Program-made: the position numbers and the translations under genes
Source: an uncultured delta proteobacterium
GTDB taxonomy: Bacteria; Desulfobacterota; Binatia; Bin18
Direction of reading: 5' to 3'
NCBI GenBank assembly: GCA_963733195.1
Contig: CAVTCR010000053.1
Span: forward strand, 1-64,000
Length of the DNA: 64,000 nucleotides
Part shown: one piece after another, positions 21,726 to 33,206 of the stretch
How the letters are laid out: each line of letters starts with the position of its first letter
How positions within the stretch are numbered: the first letter of the stretch is position 1
Notes under the pieces: generated by a model
Seen by the model: only the letters and a program-made list of their open reading frames with translations
Told to the model about the DNA's origin: nothing
Databases searched by the model: none

Positions 21726-24700
21726 ATGATCGACAAACTCATCGACTACAGTGCCCGCAATCGCTTTCTTGTTATTCTCCTCGTGTTCTTCGCCACAGCG
21801 TGGGGCGTACGGGCAATGTTCCGCGTCCCCCTTGACGCCATCCCTGATCTTTCCGATCCGCAGGTGATCGTCTTTAGTGAGTGGCCTGGCCGTAGCCCTC
21901 AGCTTGTCGAAGACCAGATTACCTACCCGATTGTTTCGTCCCTGCTTTCTGCACCACGGGTGAAAGCAGTGCGTGGACAGTCGATGTTCGGCGACTCGTT
22001 TGTTTACGTCATCTTCGAGGACGGCACGGACATCTACTGGGCGCGCAGCCGAGTGTTGGAGTATATGCAGGGGATCAGCGGCAAGTTGCCGGAAGGGGTC
22101 ACGCCGACTCTTGGCCCCGACGCTACCGGTGTCGGTTGGGTCTACCAGTACGCTCTGGTGGACGAGAGTGGCAAACAGAATCTGGCAGACCTGCGCTCAT
22201 TCCAGGACTGGTCGTTACGCTACTGGTTGCAGAGCGTACCTGGGGTTGCCGAGGTGGCCAGCGTGGGCGGCTTTGTCAAACAGTATCAGGTCAACATCGA
22301 TCCCAACCGACTGTTGGGGTACAGCATTCCCCTGCGCACGGTCATCGAGGCCATCCGCAGCAGCAACAACGATGTCGGCGGGCGGACGATCGAAATCGCC
22401 GGCGCCGAGCATGTGGTGCGTGGCCTGGGCTACATCAAGTCACTGGCGGATATTGAAGTGATTCCGGTCGCCACCAACGGCAATGGCACTCCCATCCTGG
22501 TCCGCGACCTGGCGACGGTGACGCTCGGACCGGATTTGCGCCGCGGTATCGCCACTCTAGATGATAAGGGAGAAGTAGTCGGCGGGATCGTCGTCATGCG
22601 TTACGGCGAGAACGCTCTCAATGTCATCCGCGCGGTCAAGGCCAAGCTCAAAGAGATCGAACCTTCTCTCCCGCCAGGCGTGAAGATCGTGCCGACCTAC
22701 GACCGCTCCACCCTCATTATGCGCGCTATCGAGACCCTTCGGCGTACGATTACCGAAGAGCTGGTGATCGTCAGCGCGGTGATTCTCATTTTCCTCTGGC
22801 ATATCCCGAGCGCTATCATTCCCATCATCACTATCCCTATCGCCATTATCCTCTCGTTCATCCCCATGGACCTGATGCGGGTGACCGCAAACATCATGTC
22901 GCTGGGTGGGATTGCCGTCGCCATCGGCGCGATGGTGGACGCGGCGATTGTCGTCGTCGAGCAGACGCACAAGAAGTTGGAGCACTGGCAGGCGGAAGGC
23001 CGCAAAGGGGACTATCGCGAAGTGGTTATCTCCGCCGTGAAAGAGGTGGGCGGACCAAGTTTCTTTGCCTTGCTTGTCATTGCCGTGTCGTTCATCCCTG
23101 TCTTCGCGCTAGAGGCGCAAGAGGGGCGCCTGTTCAAGCCTTTAGCCTTCACGAAAAACTTCTCTATGGTCATCGCCGCCGTGTTGGCCATCACTCTCGA
23201 CCCGGCCCTCCGTTTGCTCTTCACTCGCCTCGACCCTTTCACGTTCCGGCCACGCTGGCTCTGCCGCCCGGTGAACGCCATCCTGGTTGGCACGATCCAC
23301 AGCGAAGAACGCCATCCGATCAGCCGCCCCCTCATGCGACTCTACCAGCCGGTAGTGGAGCTAGTCTTACGCTTTCCCGGTCTGGTGATCGTCGCCGCGA
23401 TCCTGGTCGTTGTCGCTACAGTCCCGATCTTCCAGCGTCTCGGCTCAGAATTCATGCCCCCGCTGAACGAAGGCACGATCCTGCATATGCCCACGGCATT
23501 GCCTGGCATCTCTCCGACCGAGGCGCGGCGCGCGCTGCAGGTGGAAGGCGAGATCCTCAAGCAGTTTCCCGAAGTGGAGACGGTCTTTGGCAAGATTGGC
23601 CGCGCCCGTACCCCACTGACCCGGCGCCGCTCAACATGGTGGAGACCGTGGTGACCCTCAAGCCCGAAGACGAGTGGCGGCCAGGAGTCACGTGGGATTC
23701 GCTTCTCTCGGAAATGGACCGCGCTGTCCGCCTACCCGGTATGCCTAATATCTGGTGGATGCCGATTCAAACCCGCACCGAGATGCTGGCCACCGGGCAT
23801 TCGTAGCGTATTGGGCGTCAAGGTGCTGGGGCCGAGCCTGAACGGCATCGAGCAGGTCGGGCAGCAGATTGAAGCGGTGCTCGCTCCCCTGCGTGGCACG
23901 CGCAGCGTCTACTACGACCGCACCCTGGGCGGCTACTATCTCGACTTCCACATCAAGCGGGAGGAGGCGGCGCGGTACGGTCTGACGGTTGGTGACGTGG
24001 AGGAGATCATCGAGACCGCGATCGGCGGCAAGGATATTTCGCAGACCGTCGAAGGCCGCGAACGATACCCAATCAATGTCCGCTACGCACGGGAGCTGCG
24101 CGACGACGTGGAGATGCTCAAGCGCGTGCTGGTGCCGACCCCCACGGGGAGGCAGATTCCCATCGTGCAACTCGCCGAGTTGCGCTTTGCGCAAGGACCA
24201 CCGATGATCCGCAATGAGCTGGGGCAACTGGTCGGGTTTTGTGTTTGTCGATGTTGTGGGAAGAGATCTCGGCGGCTATGTCGATGAGGCCAAGCGTGTC
24301 GTCGCCGAACGCGTGCAGTTGCCGCCCGGCTATACACTGTTATGGGCCGGGCAGTTTGAGTATCAGCTCCGGGCCAAGGAAACCTTGAAGGTTGTCATCC
24401 CTTTCACTCTCTTGCTGATCTTTTTACTCCTGTACCTCAACACCAAATCAGTCGCCAAGACGCTCATCATCCTGGTTGCCGTGCCGTTTTCGGCAGTCGG
24501 TGCGATCTGGTTACTGTATCTCCTGGATTACAACATGAGTGTCGCAGTGTGGGTCGGGCTCATCGCGTTACTCGGCGTCGATGCCGAGACCGGCATGTTC
24601 ATGCTGCTGTACCTTGACCTCGCTTACAAGGAACGACGAGAGAAAGGGATCATGCACAATTGGGAAGATCTCAAACAGGCAGTGATCTCTGGTGCTGTGC

Positions 24701-24909
24701 AGCGCCTACGACCGAAAGTCATGACCGTGGGCGTGATGTTCATGGGGTTGCTCCCCATTATGTGGAGCACTGGGACTGGCGCGGATGTCATGAAACGTAT
24801 TGCTGCGCCAATGATCGGCGGGATCGGGACTTCATTTGTATTGGAATTAGTAGTCTATCCTGCCATCTTTGCTCTTTGGAAGTGGCGTACTGAGGTGCGG
24901 CCACGATGA
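21726..24909 (+). CDS. cusA: CusA/SilA-type Cu(I)/Ag(I) RND permease (frameshifted)
   Basis: PLDAIPDLSD, LGPDATGVGWVYQY, GAMVDAAIV, Met positions LHMPT/NMVET/WMPI, MKRIAAPMIGG. Confidence 0.9.
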
Positions 24910-24948
24910 AACGACTGGCATTTCTCTTGCCAGCCTCGCAAAGAAGGA

Positions 24949-24977
24949 TTGACAGCCCTCCGACAGGCAGTTACTCT
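24949..24977 (+). promoter_or_regulatory. sigma70 promoter
   Basis: TTGACA-17 bp-TACTCT upstream of the HNH gene. Confidence 0.6.
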
Positions 24978-25017
24978 GGCCTAGAAAATTCAAGCCCTTA
25001 CAGGAAGTTAGACGGGG

Positions 25018-25623
25018 ATGAGTGTATTAACCACGAAGGTTTTGGTTCTCAACCGATCATACTTCCCCGTGCATGTGACTTCTGTCCGGCGGGCGTTGTC
25101 ACTGTTGTATCAGGGAGTGGCAAAAGCGGTTGACCAGCAATATCGCACCTTCGACTTTGAAAGCTGGAGTGCGCTCTCGGCATCGCTGAATGATGACACG
25201 GTCAGTCTTATCGACCGCGTCATTCGCGTACCCCGAGTCGTGTTGCTCGTGGGGTATGATCGCGTCCCTAAACGCCAAGTACGTTTCAGCCGCTTCAACG
25301 TGTTCGCGCGCGATAACAACACGTGTCAGTACTGCGGCAAGCGTTTCTCTCGCAATGAGTTGAATCTCGACCACGTAATTCCCCGCTCCCAAGGCGGACT
25401 TTCAACCTGGGAGAATGTGGTCTGCTCTTGTTTCGTGTGCAATCGCGACAAAGGCGGGAGGCGGCCAGCAGAGGCAGGGATGCGACTGATTCGCAAGCCC
25501 GTACGACCCGAGTGGACGCCCTTCATGTTGGAAACCTTTAGTTTCCGTCGGTACCGTGAGTGGCTCCCGTACTTGAATGCGGTGGATGCTGCATATTGGA
25601 ATACCGAACTGCTTGAACGGTAG
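25018..25623 (+). CDS. HNH endonuclease (McrA-like)
   Basis: VLVLN, RDNNTCQYCG, LNLDHVIPRSQGG..WENVVCSCFVCN..KG. Confidence 0.9.
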   Translation: MSVLTTKVLVLNRSYFPVHVTSVRRALSLLYQGVAKAVDQQYRTFDFESWSALSASLNDDTVSLIDRVIRVPRVVLLVGYDRVPKRQVRFSRFNVFARDNNTCQYCGKRFSRNELNLDHVIPRSQGGLSTWENVVCSCFVCNRDKGGRRPAEAGMRLIRKPVRPEWTPFMLETFSFRRYREWLPYLNAVDAAYWNTELLER

Positions 25624-25635
25624 ATTTTCTTGGCT

Positions 25636-25651
25636 CCACAATATATAGTGG
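25636..25651. promoter_or_regulatory. NrdR-box-like palindrome
   Basis: CCACAATATATAGTGG matches the NrdR consensus acaCwAtATaTwGtgt. Confidence 0.5.
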
Positions 25652-25738
25652 TCATTCAAACAAATAGTCCTTATCCCTTGGGATTTCCCTCCTTTATCAG
25701 TAAAGGAGTGGGTAGGGATTGGAGGCGTTGTGGGGAAG

Positions 25739-28700
25739 ATGCGGATTAAGCAGCTTGAACTGCTTGGCTTTAAATCCTTCAAAAACAAGACGGCCTTGAC
25801 ATTTCCGGCGGGCATCACATCGATCGTCGGACCTAATGGGTGTGGCAAGTCCAATGTGATCGATGCGCTGCGATGGGTACTCGGTGAGCAAAGCCCCAAG
25901 CATCTGCGTGGGTCGGAAATGAGTGACGTAGTCTTCGCCGGTAATGAAGGAAGTGCCCCACTCGGCATGGCGGAAGTCAATCTCGTTCTTGAGAATGATG
26001 CGATAGATCCCTTACTCAACGAGAATGGTGGTCTGGTTGGCACCAACTGGACTGAGTTGATGGTCTCGCGTCGTTATTTTCGTTCTGGTGAGTCTGAATA
26101 TCTCATTAATAAAGTACCTTGTCGCTTGCGTGACATTGTCGAATTCTTTCTCGGCACTGGGGCCGGGACAAAAGCGTATTCAATCATCGAGCAAGGACGC
26201 GTAGATCATCTCATTAATGCCAAGCCAGAGGAAATCCGCTCGCTGGTAGAAGAAGCCGCTGGTGTCAGTTTGTTCCGTAGTCGGCGTTTAGTGGCTGAAC
26301 GCAAGATGGAACGTACGCAAGAGAACCTCGCGAGGGTCCTCGATCTTCTGCATGAGATGGACCGACAACTAGGGTCGTTACGACGGCAAGCGAAAAAGGC
26401 GGAGCAATATCGTACCCTCCAAGATGAGTTCAAAGCTCTGGATCTCGCGTTGATCTGCCGTTCCTATCGTTCTCTTTCAGAGGAACTAACTACCCTCAAT
26501 AAACGACGCGAAGAATTGCTGTCACACGAAGAGCAAGTGGCGCAGGAAACACAGCGACTACAAATCGAACGGGCTGAAGCGACGGAAGCCCTCAGTCGAG
26601 AAGAAGCTACACTCCATGAATTGGAAGAACGTCGACATGTGAGTGAGAGTACCCTGCGACAAGGGGAGCAGAAAAAACAATTCTTAGGGCAGCAAGAGCA
26701 ACGAGCGGCTACGCGAGCGACTACTGCAGAAGAGGAAATCACTGGACTGGTCGAAAAGCGACAGTCTGTTAAAGAAGAAATTGCCGATCTTGACGCGCGG
26801 GCGACTGAACTCCAGCAACTCCTCCAACAAGACGATGACACGCTCCGCTCCTATGAGCAGGAGATGTCTAGCTTGCAGCAGAATGTTGGACAACAAGAAG
26901 CGAAAGCCGAAGAAATCAAAACGGAGATTGTCGATCTCCTCAAGCAAGAAGCTCAAGTACAAAATGCCCTGGCCTACGCGCGTCGACGTGCATCTGAAAT
27001 TGAGCAGCGACTACAAACCCTGGCGCGTGAAACTGAGCGCGTAGAGCAATTGCGCGCAGAGACAGAGCATCAGCTCGCTACGACACAAGCTCGCGCGACG
27101 GCATTGCAGGAGCGTTTAACCACCGGGCAGCATCAACGTGACGAGAAGACGGGTGGATTACGGGAAACGGTCTCTGCGAGTGAACAGCTTGATGGTGAAC
27201 TGACGGGTGCATGGGCGAAGCAGGCCGAACTCCGTGCCCGATTGGCGACGTTAGAAGAGTTAGAACATGGCTATGACCACTATTCACAAGGTGTGCGTGC
27301 CATTATGGCGGACACCGCGAATGCCGAGGCGAGACAAGGAATTTGTGGGGTCGTAGCGCAAATGGTTGAAGTACCGCAAGAGTATGAACGTGCCGTTGCT
27401 GCAGTGCTCCGCGACAAACTTGAATACGTTATGGTATCCGACGTTGAAGCTGGATTGAGCGCTGTTGAATATCTACGCACGACCCAAACTGGTCGAGGCA
27501 GCTTCATTCCCCTGGTTCCTCGCAGCAAGAACGGACATGCCCACAATGGGAACGGGAGATGACCATGGCCTCAATGGGCACACGAATGGATTTAGTATCC
27601 GTACTGTCGGTGAAGGGATGTCGCCGCTCTTGGACTTGGTGACCGTTGATGATCGTTATCGCGGCGTAGCCGAATCGCTCTTAGGTGATGCTGTTTTAGT
27701 GTCGGATTTGCGGATGGGCCTTCAGCTCTGGCAGCAAAATGGCAAGCAGCAGACATTCGTGACACGTGACGGTGAAGTGATTACCTCTCAAGGTGTCGTG
27801 ACTGGTGGGAGCGAAGGCTCAGCAGAACAAGCTCTTCTGGAGCGCCGTCGCGAAATTCGCGACCTTGCAGAACAGAGTCGGCAACAGGAACTGCTGGTTA
27901 GTGGCCTCGTACAGCAGCGCCAGGAGATGAAGCGAAAGCAGCAAGAAATCGAAGGCGAAATTGCATTATTAGAAGCAGAGGCGCGAACCCTTGGAAAAGA
28001 GAGTGAAGTGCTTCACCGCGAAGAGGGGCGACTAGAAGGGGAACGACGGCGACTGCTCGATAAATATGAAAGCGTGAACTACGAGCGCCAGACCCTCGAT
28101 GGTGAGATGCAAACGCTGCTGCAAGAGATCTCTCACCGACAGAGCCAGGAAGCTGACAGTAGAAATCGCCGCCAGGAGCGCGAGGCGGCATTAGTCGCAG
28201 TTCAGGAAGAAGTAGCGCAAGCGAAGGTTGCCCTGGAACAGCACCGCACCCTGGGTGATGAACTGCGGGTGCGTGGTGCCGAGCGACGAGAACGGCTTGA
28301 GGGCCTACGCGTGCAACGCAAACGTTCGCAGGATCGCGAACGAGAACTGACCGATCGACATACTGCCTGCCAAACCGAGATCCAGGCCGCGAAGGTAGAG
28401 ATTGAGCGTATCCAGGCGAACATGACGGAATTGGCGACGCTGATTGTGCAAAGCGAGGCCGATCTCGCAGACATGGTGCAAGCTGTGGCCACCAAGCAAG
28501 ATGCGTGTTTTCAACTGCGTGAGCAAAACCGAAAAAGTGAAGCTCGACTTGAGCAACATCGCATTACCCGATCGCTCTTGCAGGAAGAGAAGACACAGGT
28601 TGAAGTGAGCAGTGCTGAGAAGCGAGTCGCGCGTGAACACCTTGAGGCTACTGTACATGAGCGTTATGAGCAGGTACTCGCTGATGTATCCGATCGATAC

Positions 28701-29363
28701 ATCGAGTTACCTTGTCCGCCCGAAGAAGCCGAAGCGCGCCGCCAGGAGATTCGCGATAAAATTACACGCTTGGGAGAAGTCAATCCTGGGGCTGCTGCTG
28801 AGTTAGTACAAGAGGAAGAGCGATATACCTTCCTCAAGACGCAGGAAGCCGACCTGCAACGGTCCCTACAAGACTTACAGAACACCATCATGAAACTAAA
28901 CCGTGAGTCTCGTGAGCGTTTCCGTGACACCTATGAGCAGGTGAATGCCAAATTTAGCGAAGTATATGCACGTCTGGTCGAAGGCGGGAAGGCGCAAGTA
29001 GAGCTGACGGATGCAGATAACCTTGCTGAGACTGGGGTTGAGATCGCCGTACAACTGCCAGGGAAACGGCTCCGTTCTCTTCAATTACTCTCCGGTGGAG
29101 AGAAAGCCTTGGCTGCACTGAGTCTTACGTTTGCCTTATTTCTGATTCGTCCGAGTCCTTTCTGTGTGTTAGATGAAGTGGATGCGCCACTGGACGACGC
29201 TAATGTCGGTCGCTTCAATCAGCTCATTCGTGAGATGAGTGAAACCACACAGATTATTCTCGTGACCCACAATAAACGGACAATGGAAGCAGCGAGCACG
29301 CTCTATGGCGTGACGATGCAGGAAGCCGGTGTTTCCACTGTTGTTTCGGTGAGCATGTCGTAA
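25739..29363 (+). CDS. smc: Chromosome segregation protein SMC (one frameshift near 27555)
   Basis: GFKSF, GPNGCGKSN, hinge, LSGGE, LDEVDAPLD. Confidence 0.96.
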
Positions 29364-30452
29364 TGGCCAACTGGTTCCGGCGTAAAAAAGAGTCTCCAGT
29401 TTCTGCGGAACCGACCCCGCAAGAAGAACTCCCGCTCGGCGAGGAGACTGTGGTTCCGACCGCTTTGGTAACGGAGCCCGCGCCCAGCAGTGGAACAATT
29501 CCCGATGCAGGAAGAACCGACTCTGGAAAAGACGCAAAGCGTATGGCGACACGGATTGGCTCGTTTGCGAAGAGTGCTGACGACACCATTGGGACAAATG
29601 TTCCGCGGGCGCCCGTTTAGTGAAGAGATCTTTGTTGAGATTGAAGAAGCACTGCTTGGTGCTGATGTTGGAGTACAGACCACCACGACACTGATCGAAC
29701 GATTGCGTGAACGCTGTCGCCAGGAAAAACCCAAAGAGGCAAGTGCTCTTCGCACCTATCTCAAAGACGAAATGCTTGCGTTGCTGCGAAAGCAACCTAA
29801 CCCGCCGTTAGTTGGTGAAGAGCGACCATGGGTCATCCTCATGGTCGGAGTAAATGGGGTAGGGAAGACAACGTCAATTGCCAAACTAACGAGCCGGTTT
29901 CGTCGTGAAGGGAAGAAAGTGCTGTTGGTTGCAGCAGATACGTTTCGAGCGGCGGCGATCGAACAACTCGAAGTGTGGGCAGGCCGGCTCGGGGTGGAAT
30001 TAATCAAACACCAGAGTGGAGCCTCGCCCGCCGCAGTAGCGTTCGATGGCGTACGTGCTGCCATCGCCAGAAAAGTTGATGTTGTGATTATTGACACGGC
30101 AGGACGGTTACATACCAAAGCACCATTGATGGAAGAGTTGAAGAAAGTGCATCGTGTCATTGCACGTGAGCTTCCTGGTGCACCACATGAAGTATTGCTC
30201 GTACTAGACGCATCTACTGGGCAAAATGCGCTCAGTCAGGCGCATACGTTTCAGCAAGTATCTTCTCTGACTGGTGTGATTCTCTCGAAGATGGATGGGT
30301 CAGCAAAAGGCGGGATGGCGTTAGCTGTTGTTGAACGGCTTGGAGTGCCTATTCGCTGCGTTGGTCTTGGGGAAAAAGAGGAAGATTTGCAGGACTTTTC
30401 ACCAGAAAACTTTATCGACGCTCTTTTTTCTCTCGCCGATGGCGAGGCGTGA
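29363..30452 (+). CDS. ftsY: SRP receptor FtsY (frameshift in the acidic N-terminus)
   Basis: GVNGVGKTT, DTFRAAA, DTAGR, SKMDGSAKGG. Confidence 0.95.
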
Positions 30453-30453
30453 C

Positions 30454-30482
30454 TTGACAGCGAAAGGCTAGCTTATTACACT
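30454..30482 (+). promoter_or_regulatory. sigma70 promoter
   Basis: TTGACA-17 bp-TACACT upstream of the zapB-like gene. Confidence 0.65.
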
Positions 30483-30514
30483 CGACCTCACCTGTTTCTT
30501 TACGTTATTAAGGT

Positions 30515-30742
30515 ATGGGACTAGAAAACCTTAAACTTCTTGAAGAGAAACTTAATGGATTTCTCTCTCGACATGAAGAAGTACGCAATGAAAAAGCCTC
30601 ACTTCTTGCCCGCTTACATGAACGAGAACAAGAATGCGCAGCGTTGGTCGAACGGCTACATCAATACGAGCGCGAACGCAGTGAAATGCGCGCAGTTCTT
30701 GAGAAGATCCTCAGTCGTTTTGAAGGACTTGACCTTCAATAA
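30515..30742 (+). CDS. zapB: ZapB-like coiled-coil cell division protein
   Basis: 75-aa coiled coil directly upstream of zapA. Confidence 0.65.
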   Translation: MGLENLKLLEEKLNGFLSRHEEVRNEKASLLARLHEREQECAALVERLHQYERERSEMRAVLEKILSRFEGLDLQ

Positions 30743-30761
30743 CAGATAAAGGGTGAAAGAA

Positions 30762-31124
30762 ATGAAAACGCTGATCGAGGTTAAGATCTTCGGAGAGACC
30801 TTCACCGTGACCAGCGAGGACGAGGAGAAGCACGTTCAGGAGCTGGCAAATTTTGTCGACCAACGTATGAATCGCTATGGAAAGAGAACAGAAACCCACC
30901 CACCTACTCCATTGCGAGTCGCGATCATGGCCGCTCTAAGTATTGCAGACGAGTATCTCAAATCGCGGAAACAAGAAATCGAAGAAGCAGAAAAATTAGA
31001 ACGTATTTCTGCAAAGTTGCTTTCGCGTCTTGAGCAAAGCGAAAAGCTTGACCGAGTCAAGGCCGCGGAAGTACCAGAAGCCACAACGCCGCGATTTTCT
31101 CCCCTCCGAGCAACCCAAGAATAG
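30762..31124 (+). CDS. zapA: Cell division protein ZapA
   Basis: IEVKIFGETF...ELANFVDQRM...AIMAALSIADE. Confidence 0.88.
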   Translation: MKTLIEVKIFGETFTVTSEDEEKHVQELANFVDQRMNRYGKRTETHPPTPLRVAIMAALSIADEYLKSRKQEIEEAEKLERISAKLLSRLEQSEKLDRVKAAEVPEATTPRFSPLRATQE

Positions 31125-31505
31125 GTTTCGTAAACGCTTCAGCGTTATTCCCCCGAAAACGAGCCGGGCACACTCTTTTTCGGGGAAATGACAAACATGC
31201 GTATCCATTGATTCCGTGTTTGCGTCCTCATTCATCGTCGAAGGCATACCGCAGGCGAAGGGCTATTCCCGCGTAAATATTCCCCCTTACAAGTGCCGAC
31301 CTCCAGAAACGGCCTGATTTTTCCATCGTGAGCAAAGACACTGAGACGGTGGAAAACATTGGACCATCTATCAGTTTTATCTTCTCTTTGCTAAAAAAAT
31401 AATATTGATACGAAAATCTGTTAAGGAGGACAGCAGACTAACTTTTTTCATACGCTGACAATGTTGATGCTCTCCTACCTGCATTACCCAAGGAGGTTGG
31501 TGAAC

Positions 31506-33068
31506 ATGGATTCATTGGTGTACATCATCGTGGGAGCGGTGGTTGGTGCTGGTGGTGTGGGGGCGTTCGTGCTCCTACAACGACAGTGGCAGCAACAAAC
31601 ACTAGCTTCAGCAGAGGAAACTGCAAAACTTATTATAGAGGAGGCAAAAAAAGAAGGAACCGTTCTTAAGAAAGAAGCCGAGGTCCAAGCGAAGGACGTT
31701 ATCTTACAAGCAAAAACAGAATCTGAACGAGACGCACGAGACCGTAAACGAGATGTTCAACAACTTGAAAAACGACTGCAAAGCCGAGAAGAGGCGTTAG
31801 AGAAAAAAGCTGAAACGATCGAGGGACGAGAAAGTGAATTAACCCGTCATGACCAGGAGTTGAAGAAAAAAGAAGAGGAGATTCGCCAGCAGGAAGGGCA
31901 CTATAGTCGCTTAATCGAAGACACGCGTGCCCAGCTCGAAAAAATCTCGGGCATGACGCGTGATGAGGCGGCGCGTAAGTTGACAGAGCAAATGCTTGAC
32001 TCCGCCCGTCAAGATGCCGCACGCCAGATTATGACGATAGAAGAGGAAGCCCGCGAAGAGGCTGAACGGCGGGCCAAAAAAATCGTTAGTGTGGCAGTGG
32101 AGCGCCTCGCTGGGGAGTTTATTTCTGAGCGTACCGCATACTCCATTCACTTGCCCAGTGATGACATGAAAGGCCGCATTATCGGACGTGAAGGACGCAA
32201 TATCCGTGCGATTGAAGCTGCGACCGGGGTAGACTTGATCGTGGACGACACGCCGGAAGCGGTGTTGATATCAAGCCATAGCCCGATTCGCCGGGAGATT
32301 GCGCGTGTTGCACTTGAGCGGCTGATTTCTGATGGTCGTATTCATCCTGGTCGGATTGAAGAAGTTGTTAAAAAAGCGGAGCAGGAAGTCGAAGAATCGG
32401 TGCGTGAGGCTGGACAGCGTGCGGTGCTCGAACTAGGCGTACACGGCCTCCATCCGGAGATCATTAAACTGGTTGGCATGCTCAAGTACCGTTACAGTTA
32501 TGGCCAGAACGTGCTGATGCACTCTGTTGAGACCGCGTATATCTGTGGCATTATGGCTGCGGAGTTAGGGCTCAATGAAAAGCAGGCGCGGCGAGCTGGG
32601 TTACTGCATGATATTGGCAAAGCGGTATCGCACGAGATTGAAGGCTCGCATGCAATTATCGGCGGTGAAGTCGCACGCAAGTACGGAGAATCCGCCAAGA
32701 TCGTGAACGCCATTGCCGCACATCATGAAGAAGTGAAGGCAGAAACAGTACTTGCTCCTCTGGTCGATGCTGCAGATGCTCTCTCCGGCGCTCGTCCAGG
32801 TGCCCGGCGCGAAGTGCTCGAAAGCTACGTCCGGCGCTTAGAGGCCTTGGAGCAGATTAGTAATTCCTTCTCCGGAGTGGAGAAATCCTTTGCTTTGCAA
32901 GCTGGACGAGAAGTGCGGATCATGGTGAACCCGACCTCGGTCACTGATGGTGAAGCGTCAGTGCTGGCGCGCGAAGTTGCTAAACGTATCGAAAGTGAAG
33001 TGACGTATCCTGGACAGATCAGAGTCACTGTGATTCGCGAAACCCGCTCGACGGAATTTGCGAGATAG
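31506..33068 (+). CDS. rny: Ribonuclease Y
   Basis: N-terminal TM, coiled coil, KH (KGRIIGREGRNIR), HD (LLHDIGK). Confidence 0.96.
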   Translation: MDSLVYIIVGAVVGAGGVGAFVLLQRQWQQQTLASAEETAKLIIEEAKKEGTVLKKEAEVQAKDVILQAKTESERDARDRKRDVQQLEKRLQSREEALEKKAETIEGRESELTRHDQELKKKEEEIRQQEGHYSRLIEDTRAQLEKISGMTRDEAARKLTEQMLDSARQDAARQIMTIEEEAREEAERRAKKIVSVAVERLAGEFISERTAYSIHLPSDDMKGRIIGREGRNIRAIEAATGVDLIVDDTPEAVLISSHSPIRREIARVALERLISDGRIHPGRIEEVVKKAEQEVEESVREAGQRAVLELGVHGLHPEIIKLVGMLKYRYSYGQNVLMHSVETAYICGIMAAELGLNEKQARRAGLLHDIGKAVSHEIEGSHAIIGGEVARKYGESAKIVNAIAAHHEEVKAETVLAPLVDAADALSGARPGARREVLESYVRRLEALEQISNSFSGVEKSFALQAGREVRIMVNPTSVTDGEASVLAREVAKRIESEVTYPGQIRVTVIRETRSTEFAR

Positions 33069-33076
33069 ACGACTAT

Positions 33077-33148
33077 GAATCGGAGAATCGGGGACTGGGG
33101 GAATCGGAGATAAAAATCCGACTCTCCGTTTCTCCGATTCCCTGTTTC
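33077..33148. repeat. Inverted pair of 8-mer tandem arrays
   Basis: GAATCGGA GAATCGGG GACTGGGG GAATCGGA ... TCCGACTC TCCGTTTC TCCGATTC CCTGTTTC. Confidence 0.8.
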
Positions 33149-33206
33149 TGCCGTGCGACGTTAGTGAAGGAAAGTGCATTGTGAGCAGGTGGAGGTAGCC
33201 GAGACG

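Noticed and set aside
33069-33206. T-box riboswitch before tyrS
   Set aside because: The region is short, lacks the T-box (AAGGTGGTACCGCG-like) motif and is explained by the inverted 8-mer array.
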